Positions 8,840 to 17,743 of a stretch of 64,000 nucleotides of DNA are shown piece after piece. The DNA comes from Terriglobia bacterium. GTDB taxonomy: Bacteria > Acidobacteriota > Terriglobia > 20CM-2-55-15. Positions within the stretch are counted from its first letter, which is position 1; each line of letters starts with the position of its first letter. Under the pieces are notes generated by a model, which made no database searches, had not been told where the DNA came from, and worked only from the letters and a program-made list of their open reading frames with translations. The stretch covers positions 448,001 through 512,000 of the forward strand of contig CBDAOY010000007.1 in assembly GCA_965198225.1 (NCBI GenBank), read 5' to 3'. The position numbers and the translations under genes were made by a program.

Positions 8840-10854
8840 ACCCGACTTCCGCGGTTCGGCAGGTTTGGTAGACCTAAGTTGTTGAGTTAATTAGATCGAG
8901 GTCCCGAAGGTCGGCACTACAAGGCTGTCGGCGATCGGGGCCGTGGCATGGCGCTCAGATGGCGATGCGCGGTGTCGGCTGTTGCGGCAACGTCATGGCG
9001 AGATGATGCAGCAGCAAGAGATGGTCCCTGTTGGGTTGGGTGTAGCGCGGCAGGACGAGGTGGCGTCCGTCGGTGGTCGGCACATGAACATCGACCATCT
9101 GTATGGTCGAGAATGTGTCGAGGATTGCGCGGGGTGTCAGCCCCGGGGCGTGGGGGCGGATGAGGGATTTCAGGGTGACCTGCAGGCACCAGGCGATGAA
9201 GGCAAGGAAGATATGGGCTTCGATGCGGTGGTCGTGCTGATGGAAGATCGGCCGGATCGCGAGGTCGTGCTTGAGTTCCTTGAACGCCTGCTCGATTTCG
9301 GTCAATCGCATGTAGTGGCTCCACAACTGTGCCGGGTCACCGCTGGTCATGTTGGAGCGCAGCAGGTAGCGGCCTTCGCGCCGGTAGGCGGCCCGGAGCT
9401 TGTCGCGCCGGAGCGTGAAGGCAAAGCCGTTGTGGGCCAGTGCCCCATTGCTTTCTGGGACCTCGATACGGACCAGATACCAGGCGCGTCCGGCCTCCTT
9501 CTTTGCGGCGCCCAGCTTGATCAGCAACGCATCCCGGCTGAGGGATTGTCGCTGCAGGTCATGCAGGCGTTTCCACAGCTTCTTCAGCCGTCGCCGCCGC
9601 ATGCTGCGTTCCTTCGAGATCCGTTTTTCGCTACGGACCAGCACATAGAGTTCGCCGTCTCGTGACAGCAGCTTGACGTCAACGGACTGGCGAACCTGCT
9701 GCCAGGGCAGATCGAGGAAGGACGACTCCAGACGGGTCAGCCGACCTTTGGGTGTGCCAACCAGATAGCGCAGGCCCGAGGCACTGGCGCGCATCTCGGC
9801 CAGGGTCTCCTCGGTGGGAATGCCGCGATCCATGATCCAGATGCGGTCGGAACGACCGTATTGCGCCTCAATGCGGTCGATGAAGGCGGCCAGCGTGGTG
9901 TTGTCGGCCGTGTTGCCCGGCATCACCTCATAGGCCAGCGGGAAACCGTCGGGCGTGATGATCAGCGCGATCACCACCTGGACGCAGTCGGGACGCTTGT
10001 CGCGGCTGTAGCCGAACTGGCGTTTGCCCGCCAAGGGCGGGTCCGACTCGAAATAGGTGCTGGTCAGATCGTAGAGCAGAACATCGAACCGGGCCTCAAA
10101 CAGGGTGCTCCAGCGCGCCTTGAGGAACGAGAAGAACTCGCGCTTGTGGTCGAGCAACCGGTCGAGACAGCGGTAGAGCTTGTCGTCGGAGATCACGCGG
10201 TCACTGCCCAGCAGGTCACGTAGCGCGCTGTGTTCATACCAGTGCCGGTGCAGCCGCCAGTCGCTGCCGGGATCGATCAGGTGATAACAGACCTGCACCT
10301 TGAGGATATCGAGCCATCGGGTGCCCTTGCGGCTGGGCGGCAGCCGCGGGCCCCAGAAACGGTCCAGCCCGAGACGGTCCCACAACGCCAGCGCCAGCCA
10401 GCAGGCGCCCCACTGGCGCGGATCGCGCAGTTCCAGTTTGTCGAGCTGGATCTGCACGACATCGCAATCCAACACCGGCGCGGGCCGGTCCTCGGGAAAC
10501 AGCGCCATCTGCTGCAGCGCCGCGCCGCCGCTGAGAACCTCGATCGAGCGGCACCACTCGGCGCGCTGGCTGTCGTTGATCTCGCCGAGATAGAGAAGCT
10601 GGCGCTGGACCACACGGCCGCCACCGACCCGGGTGCTCTCGACGACACTCCAGTAGCGGTGCTCCTTGCCGTCCTTGAATCGCTTCTTGCAGCGCACGAA
10701 CATGCACGCATCGTCGGCATATCCGAAAAACTAATCAAGGGGGTAGGTCGGCACTACACGCCCACCCAGGAGGTCAAGGCACAGAAAACAAACGCGATTC
10801 GTGCTCCAAATGGGCCAAATTAGATGAAAATCGTGCCGAACCGCGGAAGTCGGG
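8840..10854 (-). mobile_element. Insertion sequence, IS1634-like (DDE)
   Basis: Perfect 21-bp inverted repeats CCCGACTTCCGCGGTTCGGCA (8841-8861 and 10834-10854); CTA duplicated at 8837-8839 and 10855-10857 in an original CTAG site. Confidence 0.9.
8955..10703 (-). CDS. IS1634 family transposase
   Basis: LYDLTSTYFE, FGYSRDKRPD, PGNTAD, IMDRG, IEQAFKELK...RPIFH. Confidence 0.9.
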   Translation of the reverse strand: MFVRCKKRFKDGKEHRYWSVVESTRVGGGRVVQRQLLYLGEINDSQRAEWCRSIEVLSGGAALQQMALFPEDRPAPVLDCDVVQIQLDKLELRDPRQWGACWLALALWDRLGLDRFWGPRLPPSRKGTRWLDILKVQVCYHLIDPGSDWRLHRHWYEHSALRDLLGSDRVISDDKLYRCLDRLLDHKREFFSFLKARWSTLFEARFDVLLYDLTSTYFESDPPLAGKRQFGYSRDKRPDCVQVVIALIITPDGFPLAYEVMPGNTADNTTLAAFIDRIEAQYGRSDRIWIMDRGIPTEETLAEMRASASGLRYLVGTPKGRLTRLESSFLDLPWQQVRQSVDVKLLSRDGELYVLVRSEKRISKERSMRRRRLKKLWKRLHDLQRQSLSRDALLIKLGAAKKEAGRAWYLVRIEVPESNGALAHNGFAFTLRRDKLRAAYRREGRYLLRSNMTSGDPAQLWSHYMRLTEIEQAFKELKHDLAIRPIFHQHDHRIEAHIFLAFIAWCLQVTLKSLIRPHAPGLTPRAILDTFSTIQMVDVHVPTTDGRHLVLPRYTQPNRDHLLLLHHLAMTLPQQPTPRIAI

Positions 10855-11193
10855 CTAGGGGACGGTCCGGGCATTTTCCTTCTGGACAGTTCGATGATCC
10901 CGAACACGAAGGTCCGGGACTTCTTCATGAAGGTCGCTCGGGAGGAAGGTATTTCGCTGCAACCGGACGTACTGACCGGCTATGGCGAGGACGGACTGAA
11001 GCGCTGGCGAGGACGGAGCAGAAATCCAACGGTACGATACGGGCAGACCCTCGGTGAACATCACGGTGCCGACCCGCTATCTTCATTCCCACACGGGCAT
11101 CATCGAACGCGGCGATTTCGATGGGGCGGTTCAATTGCTGATCGCGGTGCTGAAGCGCCTCGACGCGGAGACGGTGAGGGAGTTGTCGAGTTT

Positions 11194-12447
11194 CTAGTGA
11201 ATCTTGTCGACCACGACCTCGCCGCCCTTCATGACCCAGCGGACGTTTTCGAGAACCACGTTGATGTCCGCCAGAGGGTCCCCTTCGAGGGCGACAATAT
11301 CGGCGAAATAGCCCGGCATCACGGCACCCAGGCTGTCGGACATGCCGAGCATCTCCGCGCCGTTCCGGGTTGCCGTCACCAGCGCCTGCTCAGGCGTCAT
11401 GCCCAGCCTCACGTACCAGCCCAGCTCCCGCGTGTTCAGCCCGAAGCCGTTGTACACCGCGTCGGAGCCCATCGCGAACTTCACACCCGCCTGGAATGCC
11501 TTCCGTGCCGTTTCGAAATTCCGCCGGATGTAGTCGTTGATGTTCTCGACGTCGCTGGCCGGAAAGCCGTAGTTATCCGCGTTCTCGGTGTAATAGCGGT
11601 TGTGGTCGATGGTGGGGACGTAGATCGTTCCCTGGCGCGCCATCGAGGCGATCGTCTCATCGTCCACGTCGGTGGCGTGCTCCAGGGTGTCGGTCCCGGC
11701 GCGAACCGCGTCACGCGCGCCTGACGGCCCGTAGGAGTGGATCGCGATGAGTTTTCCCATCTGGTGCGTCGTGTCCACCATCGCCTTCATCTCTTCGTAG
11801 CTGACCGTCTGCCGAGTGATGACGTTGTTGAAACCGCCAGTGGACCCGAAGACCTTGATCAGGTCCGCACCGGATTCGAGCGTCTCACGCGCCGAGCGCG
11901 CTGCTTCGGCCACCAGGTCCATTCCCTCCGGAGTGTCGCTGCCCGGGCGACGTGCGCTGCGCAGCCCTCTTCCGGAAACGAACATCCGCGGTCCCACCAT
12001 CGCGCCCATGTTGATCAGGTCGCGCATCGCCATGTCCGCGCCGTTCGAAGCGTTCAGATCGCGTACAGACGTGACGCCGGTCTCGAGTGTCTTTCGAGCG
12101 TTTTCCTGTGCCAGGAAGACCGTGACGGCGATGTGCCGGGGAGGCTGACCGCGCGGTCGCGTTCCGGGAGCCTCGTCCCAGTAGTAAGTCATGTGCGTGT
12201 GCGCGTCGATCATCCCGGGAATACCGGTGTATCCGCTCAAGTCGATAACTTCTGCACCGGCTGGAATACGGACCTCGGATCCTCCGACCGTTTGGATTCG
12301 ATCGTCTTCGACGATGACGACAGCATTGGTGATCACCCGATTGCCGTCCCACAGCTTGCCGAATCGGATGACCTTGGTCGCGGCTGTTGCAGGAACGACC
12401 AGCAAAGAGACGAAGATGCAGGTAAGAATCGCCCTTGCGACGAGCAT
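11194..12447 (-). CDS. Secreted amidohydrolase (Xaa-Pro dipeptidase-like metal-dependent hydrolase)
   Basis: AGGAGG RBS; PGMIDAHTH, IKVF, AIHSYG, LEHA, MGSD, ADIVALEGDPL. Confidence 0.9.
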   Translation of the reverse strand: MLVARAILTCIFVSLLVVPATAATKVIRFGKLWDGNRVITNAVVIVEDDRIQTVGGSEVRIPAGAEVIDLSGYTGIPGMIDAHTHMTYYWDEAPGTRPRGQPPRHIAVTVFLAQENARKTLETGVTSVRDLNASNGADMAMRDLINMGAMVGPRMFVSGRGLRSARRPGSDTPEGMDLVAEAARSARETLESGADLIKVFGSTGGFNNVITRQTVSYEEMKAMVDTTHQMGKLIAIHSYGPSGARDAVRAGTDTLEHATDVDDETIASMARQGTIYVPTIDHNRYYTENADNYGFPASDVENINDYIRRNFETARKAFQAGVKFAMGSDAVYNGFGLNTRELGWYVRLGMTPEQALVTATRNGAEMLGMSDSLGAVMPGYFADIVALEGDPLADINVVLENVRWVMKGGEVVVDKIH

Positions 12448-12610
12448 GAGGGGCCTCCTTTGAAATGACGCGCCCACGTTATTCGAGTCAAGCGCCGCTG
12501 TCAAATCCGCGCGCCTGCTACTCTCGCAGTGGGCCGTGGAGTTGGTCCGAGATCAGGATCTCGCTGTCGTCACGAAGAAGTCGCCGACCCAGTCGGCGTC
12601 CCCTCGCCGC

Positions 12611-12625
12611 GTTACAGGCCACTAG
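12611..12625. repeat. GTTACAGGCCACTAG motif, copy 2, overlapping the amidase stop codon
   Basis: Its CTAG contains the minus-strand TAG at 12622-12624. Confidence 0.75.
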
Positions 12626-14955
12626 AATCGGGGCTCCGGCTCTCGTTCGCTCTCGGCATCGACCGGTCCGAAATCCGGCGGGGCCTTGCGATGTTGGGTC
12701 GCGGCCTCATAGGCCGAAGCCGCGCGCAGGATGATCGACTCATCGCCCGGTCCCGCCCAGAACGAGATTCCAACAGGGAGCGGGGACTCGAGCTCGGTCT
12801 GCTCGCTGCTAGTGACGCTGTCATAGTCGTCCTTGTCCTCGTTCAGGGCGTACTCCGGTTCGTAGGCAATCGGATTGAAACCAGCCGGTACCGTGAGTTC
12901 GGGGATGCCGAGGTTTGCACTCGTCGGAAACCGGCCCCTCGGTCGGTCCTTGACCGACGGCTCGCCCGCGTAGCCGATTCGCACCGGAGGGATCGTTATC
13001 GTCGGATTGACGAACAAGTCGATGTCGTTCTTGTGCATGACATTGAGCACTACGAGCCGCATGACGTCACGCATCTTGACGCGACGCGTGATGCCCTCCG
13101 ACGCGATGTTCTGTTTGTACTCCCAATTGCGCATCGCGACGGCGCGAGATTCCGTGTAGTACTTTGAATTGGCGTTCAAGCTCGTCCAGCCCGTGACCCT
13201 GTCATCGCCGCGACGCATCAAATACTGAGACAGGTGGAAGCTGAAGCTCGCCGTCGCCGGCGAGGTGTTGATACTGCGGAGGTTCAAGTCTGCCGACAGA
13301 GGCGCTTTGCCTTCGGCAGCTCTGACGAGATAGTCGCGCGTCGACACGTCGTAGCCGGGGACGGCATACTTGTATTCACCCTCGTCGTCTGTTTCCTGGA
13401 TCAACTCGGGCATATGTACGGGCAGAATCTCGGCGATCGCCTGCTGAAAGTCGTATGTCATGTTTGGGATCGAGGGATCGTCCGGATACTCCGGATCGAA
13501 CGACTCGACGATCTCCGCGCCGAGTTCGTCGCGCAGCACGCGAATGATCTCTTCGTTGACGAGGTCGCTCATCGCAGCATCGTTGTCGGTGTGCTTGACC
13601 ATGTACTCACGTACGACGCCGATACGCATGCCCGCAAGCGGTCTGGGCGCCATGGTCTCTCGGTCGACGACGAAACTCGTGTAGGGCTCCTCCGAGATCA
13701 GCCTGCGCGGTAGTGCGCTGTAGATGTCCCGCGGATCGTAGTAGCCGCGTTCCGGGTTCTTGAGCGCGTCCAGTACCATGGCCGCATCCTTGACCGTGCG
13801 GCAGTGAATGCCCGCTCGATCGAGGTAGGGCTCTACGCCCGTGGATCCGCCGTAAGGCATCAACCCCTTGGTCGTCACGAAGCCGACGACGCCGTTTCGC
13901 CATGCCGGCTGCCGACACGATCCGCCGGTTTCCTCACAGATGGAACAGCTGACGAGATTTCCGCCGACCGACACCGCGGACCCGGAGCTCGAACCGCCGG
14001 TTTCCCGCGCCGTATCGTAGACATTGCACGACGTGCCGGCCCAACTGCTGCGGGCGCCGGAGCCGAACGTTCGTGTTCCGGCCTTGGCCCCCCCGGGGTT
14101 CCCTCCGCCGGCGTTGTATTCGGCGAGATTGGCTTTGGCATAAATGATGGCGCCCTTGGCCCGCAACTCGGCGACGATCGTCGAGTCCTCGGGCGCAGCA
14201 TCCATCGCATAACTCGCATCGGCACCGCTCGTCGATCGCAAGTCTGTGGTGTCGAAGACATCTTTGAAAGAGAATGCGGCGCAGTACATCGGCATCGCAT
14301 CGAGATCGGGGTTGTTGCCGTACCTTGCATCGAGCTCTGCCGCTCGCTCCAGCGCGTCCGGCTGCTGTCGAAACGCTTCGCAGACGGCAGGACATAGTGC
14401 CGGAAGAGGGCCGTTCGACGGGTGCTGGTCGCATCCGGCCTGACAGGTCACCGACCGCTCGCCCCGAAGGTTGAGCGTACTCAGCGCATTGAGCTGGCCC
14501 GCGTCGTTCATGCCGACAACCATGCCGTACTGCTGCTGGACGTCGGGATCCGACCGTGTGGCCTCCATGCGGCCGAACTGGATCGGCAAACCCTCGTATT
14601 CATCGTAATCAGCCAGAATCTCACGCACCGCCACGGTGGTCGGCGGGAACACGAGCGGTACGCCTGCCCGAACGGTGCCCTTCCCCGGCGTAATCGTCTC
14701 ACCGTCTTCGGTCACGAGCTGAGAGCATATCCCGTTGTATGCTCTTGCGCGGTCGACGTAGGCCTCGACGACCTGGACACACGTTGTGTCGCCTTGCCGG
14801 ATCGCCTCGTGAATGTCGTCGATGGTTGCTTCCTCGACCTGAAAACTGCTCTGCGCGGAAGCCGAGATGGAACCGATCGTCAACACACTTGCGAGCACCA
14901 CGGTTAGGGTGACCACGCTTGCGATGACGTACCGGGTGTTCGACAGCGTTGTCAT
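12622..14955 (-). CDS. Secreted amidase-signature family protein
   Basis: Signal peptide; EEATI, FKDVFDT, GAIIYAKANLAE, GGSSSGS, EETGGSCRQPA; AYEAATQHRKAP tail. Confidence 0.88.
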   Translation of the reverse strand: MTTLSNTRYVIASVVTLTVVLASVLTIGSISASAQSSFQVEEATIDDIHEAIRQGDTTCVQVVEAYVDRARAYNGICSQLVTEDGETITPGKGTVRAGVPLVFPPTTVAVREILADYDEYEGLPIQFGRMEATRSDPDVQQQYGMVVGMNDAGQLNALSTLNLRGERSVTCQAGCDQHPSNGPLPALCPAVCEAFRQQPDALERAAELDARYGNNPDLDAMPMYCAAFSFKDVFDTTDLRSTSGADASYAMDAAPEDSTIVAELRAKGAIIYAKANLAEYNAGGGNPGGAKAGTRTFGSGARSSWAGTSCNVYDTARETGGSSSGSAVSVGGNLVSCSICEETGGSCRQPAWRNGVVGFVTTKGLMPYGGSTGVEPYLDRAGIHCRTVKDAAMVLDALKNPERGYYDPRDIYSALPRRLISEEPYTSFVVDRETMAPRPLAGMRIGVVREYMVKHTDNDAAMSDLVNEEIIRVLRDELGAEIVESFDPEYPDDPSIPNMTYDFQQAIAEILPVHMPELIQETDDEGEYKYAVPGYDVSTRDYLVRAAEGKAPLSADLNLRSINTSPATASFSFHLSQYLMRRGDDRVTGWTSLNANSKYYTESRAVAMRNWEYKQNIASEGITRRVKMRDVMRLVVLNVMHKNDIDLFVNPTITIPPVRIGYAGEPSVKDRPRGRFPTSANLGIPELTVPAGFNPIAYEPEYALNEDKDDYDSVTSSEQTELESPLPVGISFWAGPGDESIILRAASAYEAATQHRKAPPDFGPVDAESEREPEPRF

Positions 14956-15155
14956 AGTTTTCTCCTGAGCATTGGGGTTAGGACGAGGTGGTCGTGGGCA
15001 CCGTCTACCCAGACCTTGCAGCATGCGAAGGCGCCGTTTCGCGCCAACGCGAAGCGCACCATACCTTCCCGATCGCATCTTATCGAGATCCCGACATCAT
15101 ACCTGACGGGAAATGATTCGCGATGGCCTTTCCCGCGGAGGGTGCAGATAGCACT

Positions 15156-15170
15156 GTTACAGGTCACTAG
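15156..15170. repeat. GTTACAGGTCACTAG motif, copy 3, overlapping the HD gene stop codon
   Basis: Its CTAG contains the minus-strand TAG at 15167-15169. Confidence 0.7.
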
Positions 15171-15757
15171 GGCAGGAGATACCCCTTCTCGACCGCGTCG
15201 TCGATCAACGATTCGGCGATTTTCCACAGCTTGGTCGATCCGTCTCCGATAGGGCTGTTGCGCTCGATCACTTGTGCGCGGTGGATCCCGTGCTCGAGCC
15301 ACGCGCGACCCTGGGTGTGGTAGTTATGCATCAGCGGCATCAGTCGATCAAGGGCGGCGGCAAACTTCGCATCCGGAGTCTGACGGGCTTCGAATTCCTC
15401 CCACAGCGCGCGCAGTTCCGAGCCCTGGTCTGAGGGCAGGAGTCCGAACAGACGTTCCGCCGCCCCACGTTCCTTCTCTTCCTTTTCCGCCCACCCCTCG
15501 GTGTCGTAACAATAGGTGTCGCCGGCGTCGACCTCGACGATGTCGTGTATCAGTACCATCTTGATGACGCGGGCGAGGGTGACCGGTTCGTTGGCATGTT
15601 CCACCAGTGCCATAGCCATCATCGCGAGGTGCCAGCTGTGCTCTGCAGAGTTCTCCTTACGGTCAACTCCCACGAGATAGGACCGCCGCAGGACTCCCTT
15701 GAGCTTATCGATTTCCAGAATGAATCGGATTTGGTCCGATAGCCGGTCGGTGTCCAC
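15167..15757 (-). CDS. HD-domain phosphohydrolase (HDDC2/YfbR-like)
   Basis: ENSAEHSWH, IHDIVEVDAGD, LWEEFE, ALDRL. Confidence 0.9.
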   Translation of the reverse strand: MDTDRLSDQIRFILEIDKLKGVLRRSYLVGVDRKENSAEHSWHLAMMAMALVEHANEPVTLARVIKMVLIHDIVEVDAGDTYCYDTEGWAEKEEKERGAAERLFGLLPSDQGSELRALWEEFEARQTPDAKFAAALDRLMPLMHNYHTQGRAWLEHGIHRAQVIERNSPIGDGSTKLWKIAESLIDDAVEKGYLLP

Positions 15758-15797
15758 GGAATTCTCCTCTCGCGGCTGATTGTAGCTGTGTCGGTGT

Positions 15798-16721
15798 CTA
15801 TCTGGGAGATTTACCCAGCAGACGTTCCGTGATGGAGCCGCGCCCGGGAGAGAATTGCGACGCCGCGGTCTGCAGGTAGGGCCGGAACTGTCGCGTCCAG
15901 TACTTGAGGAACCCGATGTCGCGGATCTCCGCTAGAGTCGTGCCGTAGTGTTCCAGGAGTGGACCGGCGAACATCTGGCCCGTCCGCTCGCCGGCCAGCT
16001 TTGCCGACCGCGACAGCCAGTAGACCTTCTCGGGCAGCGTGCCGACAGCCGTAAGAGCCATCACCGACGACATCTCGAACGTCGACCGGTTCTGTCTTCG
16101 TGCTTCACGAGCGATCGCGTTCCACGTTCCTGTGACGGAGTCGATTGACGGGAGACTCTTCGGAGGGAGTTTGCGAAGTTCGGTTTTCACGCTCGACCAT
16201 TCCTCCCGAAGCCCGGCAACGTCCAGAGGAGGAGCGTTGATCGTCTCTGCCGCCTTGCCCGCGCTCTGCTCGAGTCCGTCCAGCATCTGGTCGACGGTGC
16301 TGAACTCGGTGTTCGGGTCGAGCAAGCCCTCGTGCTTGAGCGATTTTGTGATGTCCCCGAGCAGGTTCCGTCCGGCGCCGGTCACGTCCGCCAGCGCCGC
16401 GAGGATCCAGACGGGGGAGGCGCGGAAAGCGAGGATCCCGATCATTTCCAGTCCGCCACCCGCGGTTTTACGAACGAGGAACTGTTCGTTCAGCTTGTCC
16501 TCGTCCGGATATACGCCTTCCACCTCGCCGACCTGTTCGATCATGAACCGGAGCGTCATCTCGACGAGGTTCGTATAGAGCCGGCTCTGTCGAACCCCCT
16601 CGGGAAGCGTGACTTCGCCGATCTCCCGGAGTAGGCCGCCCGCGAGGGCGGACACGGAGCGGACGGCTCGCTCGGGAAGCGAGAGAAGATAAGAGGTCAG
16701 TTGGTTGTTGATGGGTGACAT
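15798..16721 (-). CDS. Hypothetical protein (307 aa)
   Basis: Long ORF co-oriented with its neighbours; no motif recognised. Confidence 0.7.
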   Translation of the reverse strand: MSPINNQLTSYLLSLPERAVRSVSALAGGLLREIGEVTLPEGVRQSRLYTNLVEMTLRFMIEQVGEVEGVYPDEDKLNEQFLVRKTAGGGLEMIGILAFRASPVWILAALADVTGAGRNLLGDITKSLKHEGLLDPNTEFSTVDQMLDGLEQSAGKAAETINAPPLDVAGLREEWSSVKTELRKLPPKSLPSIDSVTGTWNAIAREARRQNRSTFEMSSVMALTAVGTLPEKVYWLSRSAKLAGERTGQMFAGPLLEHYGTTLAEIRDIGFLKYWTRQFRPYLQTAASQFSPGRGSITERLLGKSPR

Positions 16722-16812
16722 TCGACTACACCAGTGACAAGTGACGAGTCACAAGTGACGAGTAAGATAGAGAGAAGCCATCGCGTTCGGAAGAGTCGTG
16801 CCGCGTTTCTTC

Positions 16813-16838
16813 AACGGCCTACGGACAACGGCCTACGG
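16813..16838. repeat. Heptamer-based intergenic repeat AACGGCCTACGGACAACGGCCTACGG
   Basis: Identical 26-mer at 28077-28102. Confidence 0.7.
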
Positions 16839-16856
16839 CCTACTTCTTCATCGCAC

Positions 16857-17657
16857 CTACACTTGTATGTACCCTTCCATGAATAGAACGGCATGGCCGG
16901 CGATCGAAACCCGGCCGTCCAGGAGCTCGCAGAACAGATCGCCGCTCCGGGCAGAAACCTGTCGCGCGTGGAATTCCTTCTTGCCCAGTCTGTCGGCCCA
17001 GTAGGGAACCAGGGTGCAGTGGATCGAACCGGTGACCGGGTCTTCATCGATACCATAGCCGGGAGCGAAGTACCGGGATGCGAAGTCGGCCGATTCGCCC
17101 GGGGCCGTGACGATGACGCCCATTCCCCTCAGCCGCTCCAGAACAGCGAAGTTCGGCCGTAGCGCGCGGACGTCGGCCTCGGAGCCATACACGGCCATGT
17201 AATTTCCCGATCCCTCGGTTTCCATGTAGGAGTGGATCTCCTGCGGCCGACTGCCCAGCCCGTCCAACAACTCTTGCGGTGGATTCCGGCATGCGGTCGG
17301 AGCGAGAAGGGGAAAGTTCATCACGAGCAGGTCGTAGTTCTTCTCGACCGTGAGCGTTCCGCTGCGGGTGTGGAAGCGCAGTGTGGACGACTCACTGCCG
17401 AGCTGATCCCAAATCACGAACGCCGACGCCAGTGTCGCGTGGCCGCAGAGATCCGCCTCCGTGGTCGGAGTGAACCAGCGCAGATCATAACCATCCCCAT
17501 TCGGGGAGAAGAAAGCGGTCTCGGAAAGATTGTTCTCCGCCGCTATCTCCTGCATTCGATCTTCCGGCAGCCATTCTTCGAGTGGACAGATCGCTGCCGG
17601 GTTGCCGGAGAAGACTTTATCGGTGAAGGCGTCGACTTGGAAGAGCCGCAGTTTCAT
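16857..17657 (-). CDS. PhzF family isomerase/epimerase
   Basis: QVDAFT..FSGNPA, NLSETAF, LCGHATLA, EDPVTGS. Confidence 0.93.
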   Translation of the reverse strand: MKLRLFQVDAFTDKVFSGNPAAICPLEEWLPEDRMQEIAAENNLSETAFFSPNGDGYDLRWFTPTTEADLCGHATLASAFVIWDQLGSESSTLRFHTRSGTLTVEKNYDLLVMNFPLLAPTACRNPPQELLDGLGSRPQEIHSYMETEGSGNYMAVYGSEADVRALRPNFAVLERLRGMGVIVTAPGESADFASRYFAPGYGIDEDPVTGSIHCTLVPYWADRLGKKEFHARQVSARSGDLFCELLDGRVSIAGHAVLFMEGYIQV

Positions 17658-17743
17658 GGTTTCCAGTTTACGCGGATTACACGGATCTGCGCGGATTTCG
17701 CCGATCGGGAAGAAGTTCTGATTCGAGAATCATCCCGCGGCTC

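Larger units (their letters stand above)
8006..11197 (+). pseudogene. M42 family (TET/glutamyl) aminopeptidase, split by an IS at 8840-10854 and frameshifted by a 22-bp insertion near 10996
   Basis: AHLDEVG, KAWDDRVG, VQEEIGLRGA. Removing the IS restores ...QERL-GDGPGIFLLDSSMIP. Removing the 22 bp restores GYGEDGAEIQ...TRYLHSH...ELSSF* (TAG 11195-11197). Confidence 0.9.

Noticed and set aside
10894-11724. 276-aa ORF as an independent gene
   Set aside because: Only the first ~34 codons are M42 sequence; the rest is frameshift read-through antisense to the amidohydrolase.
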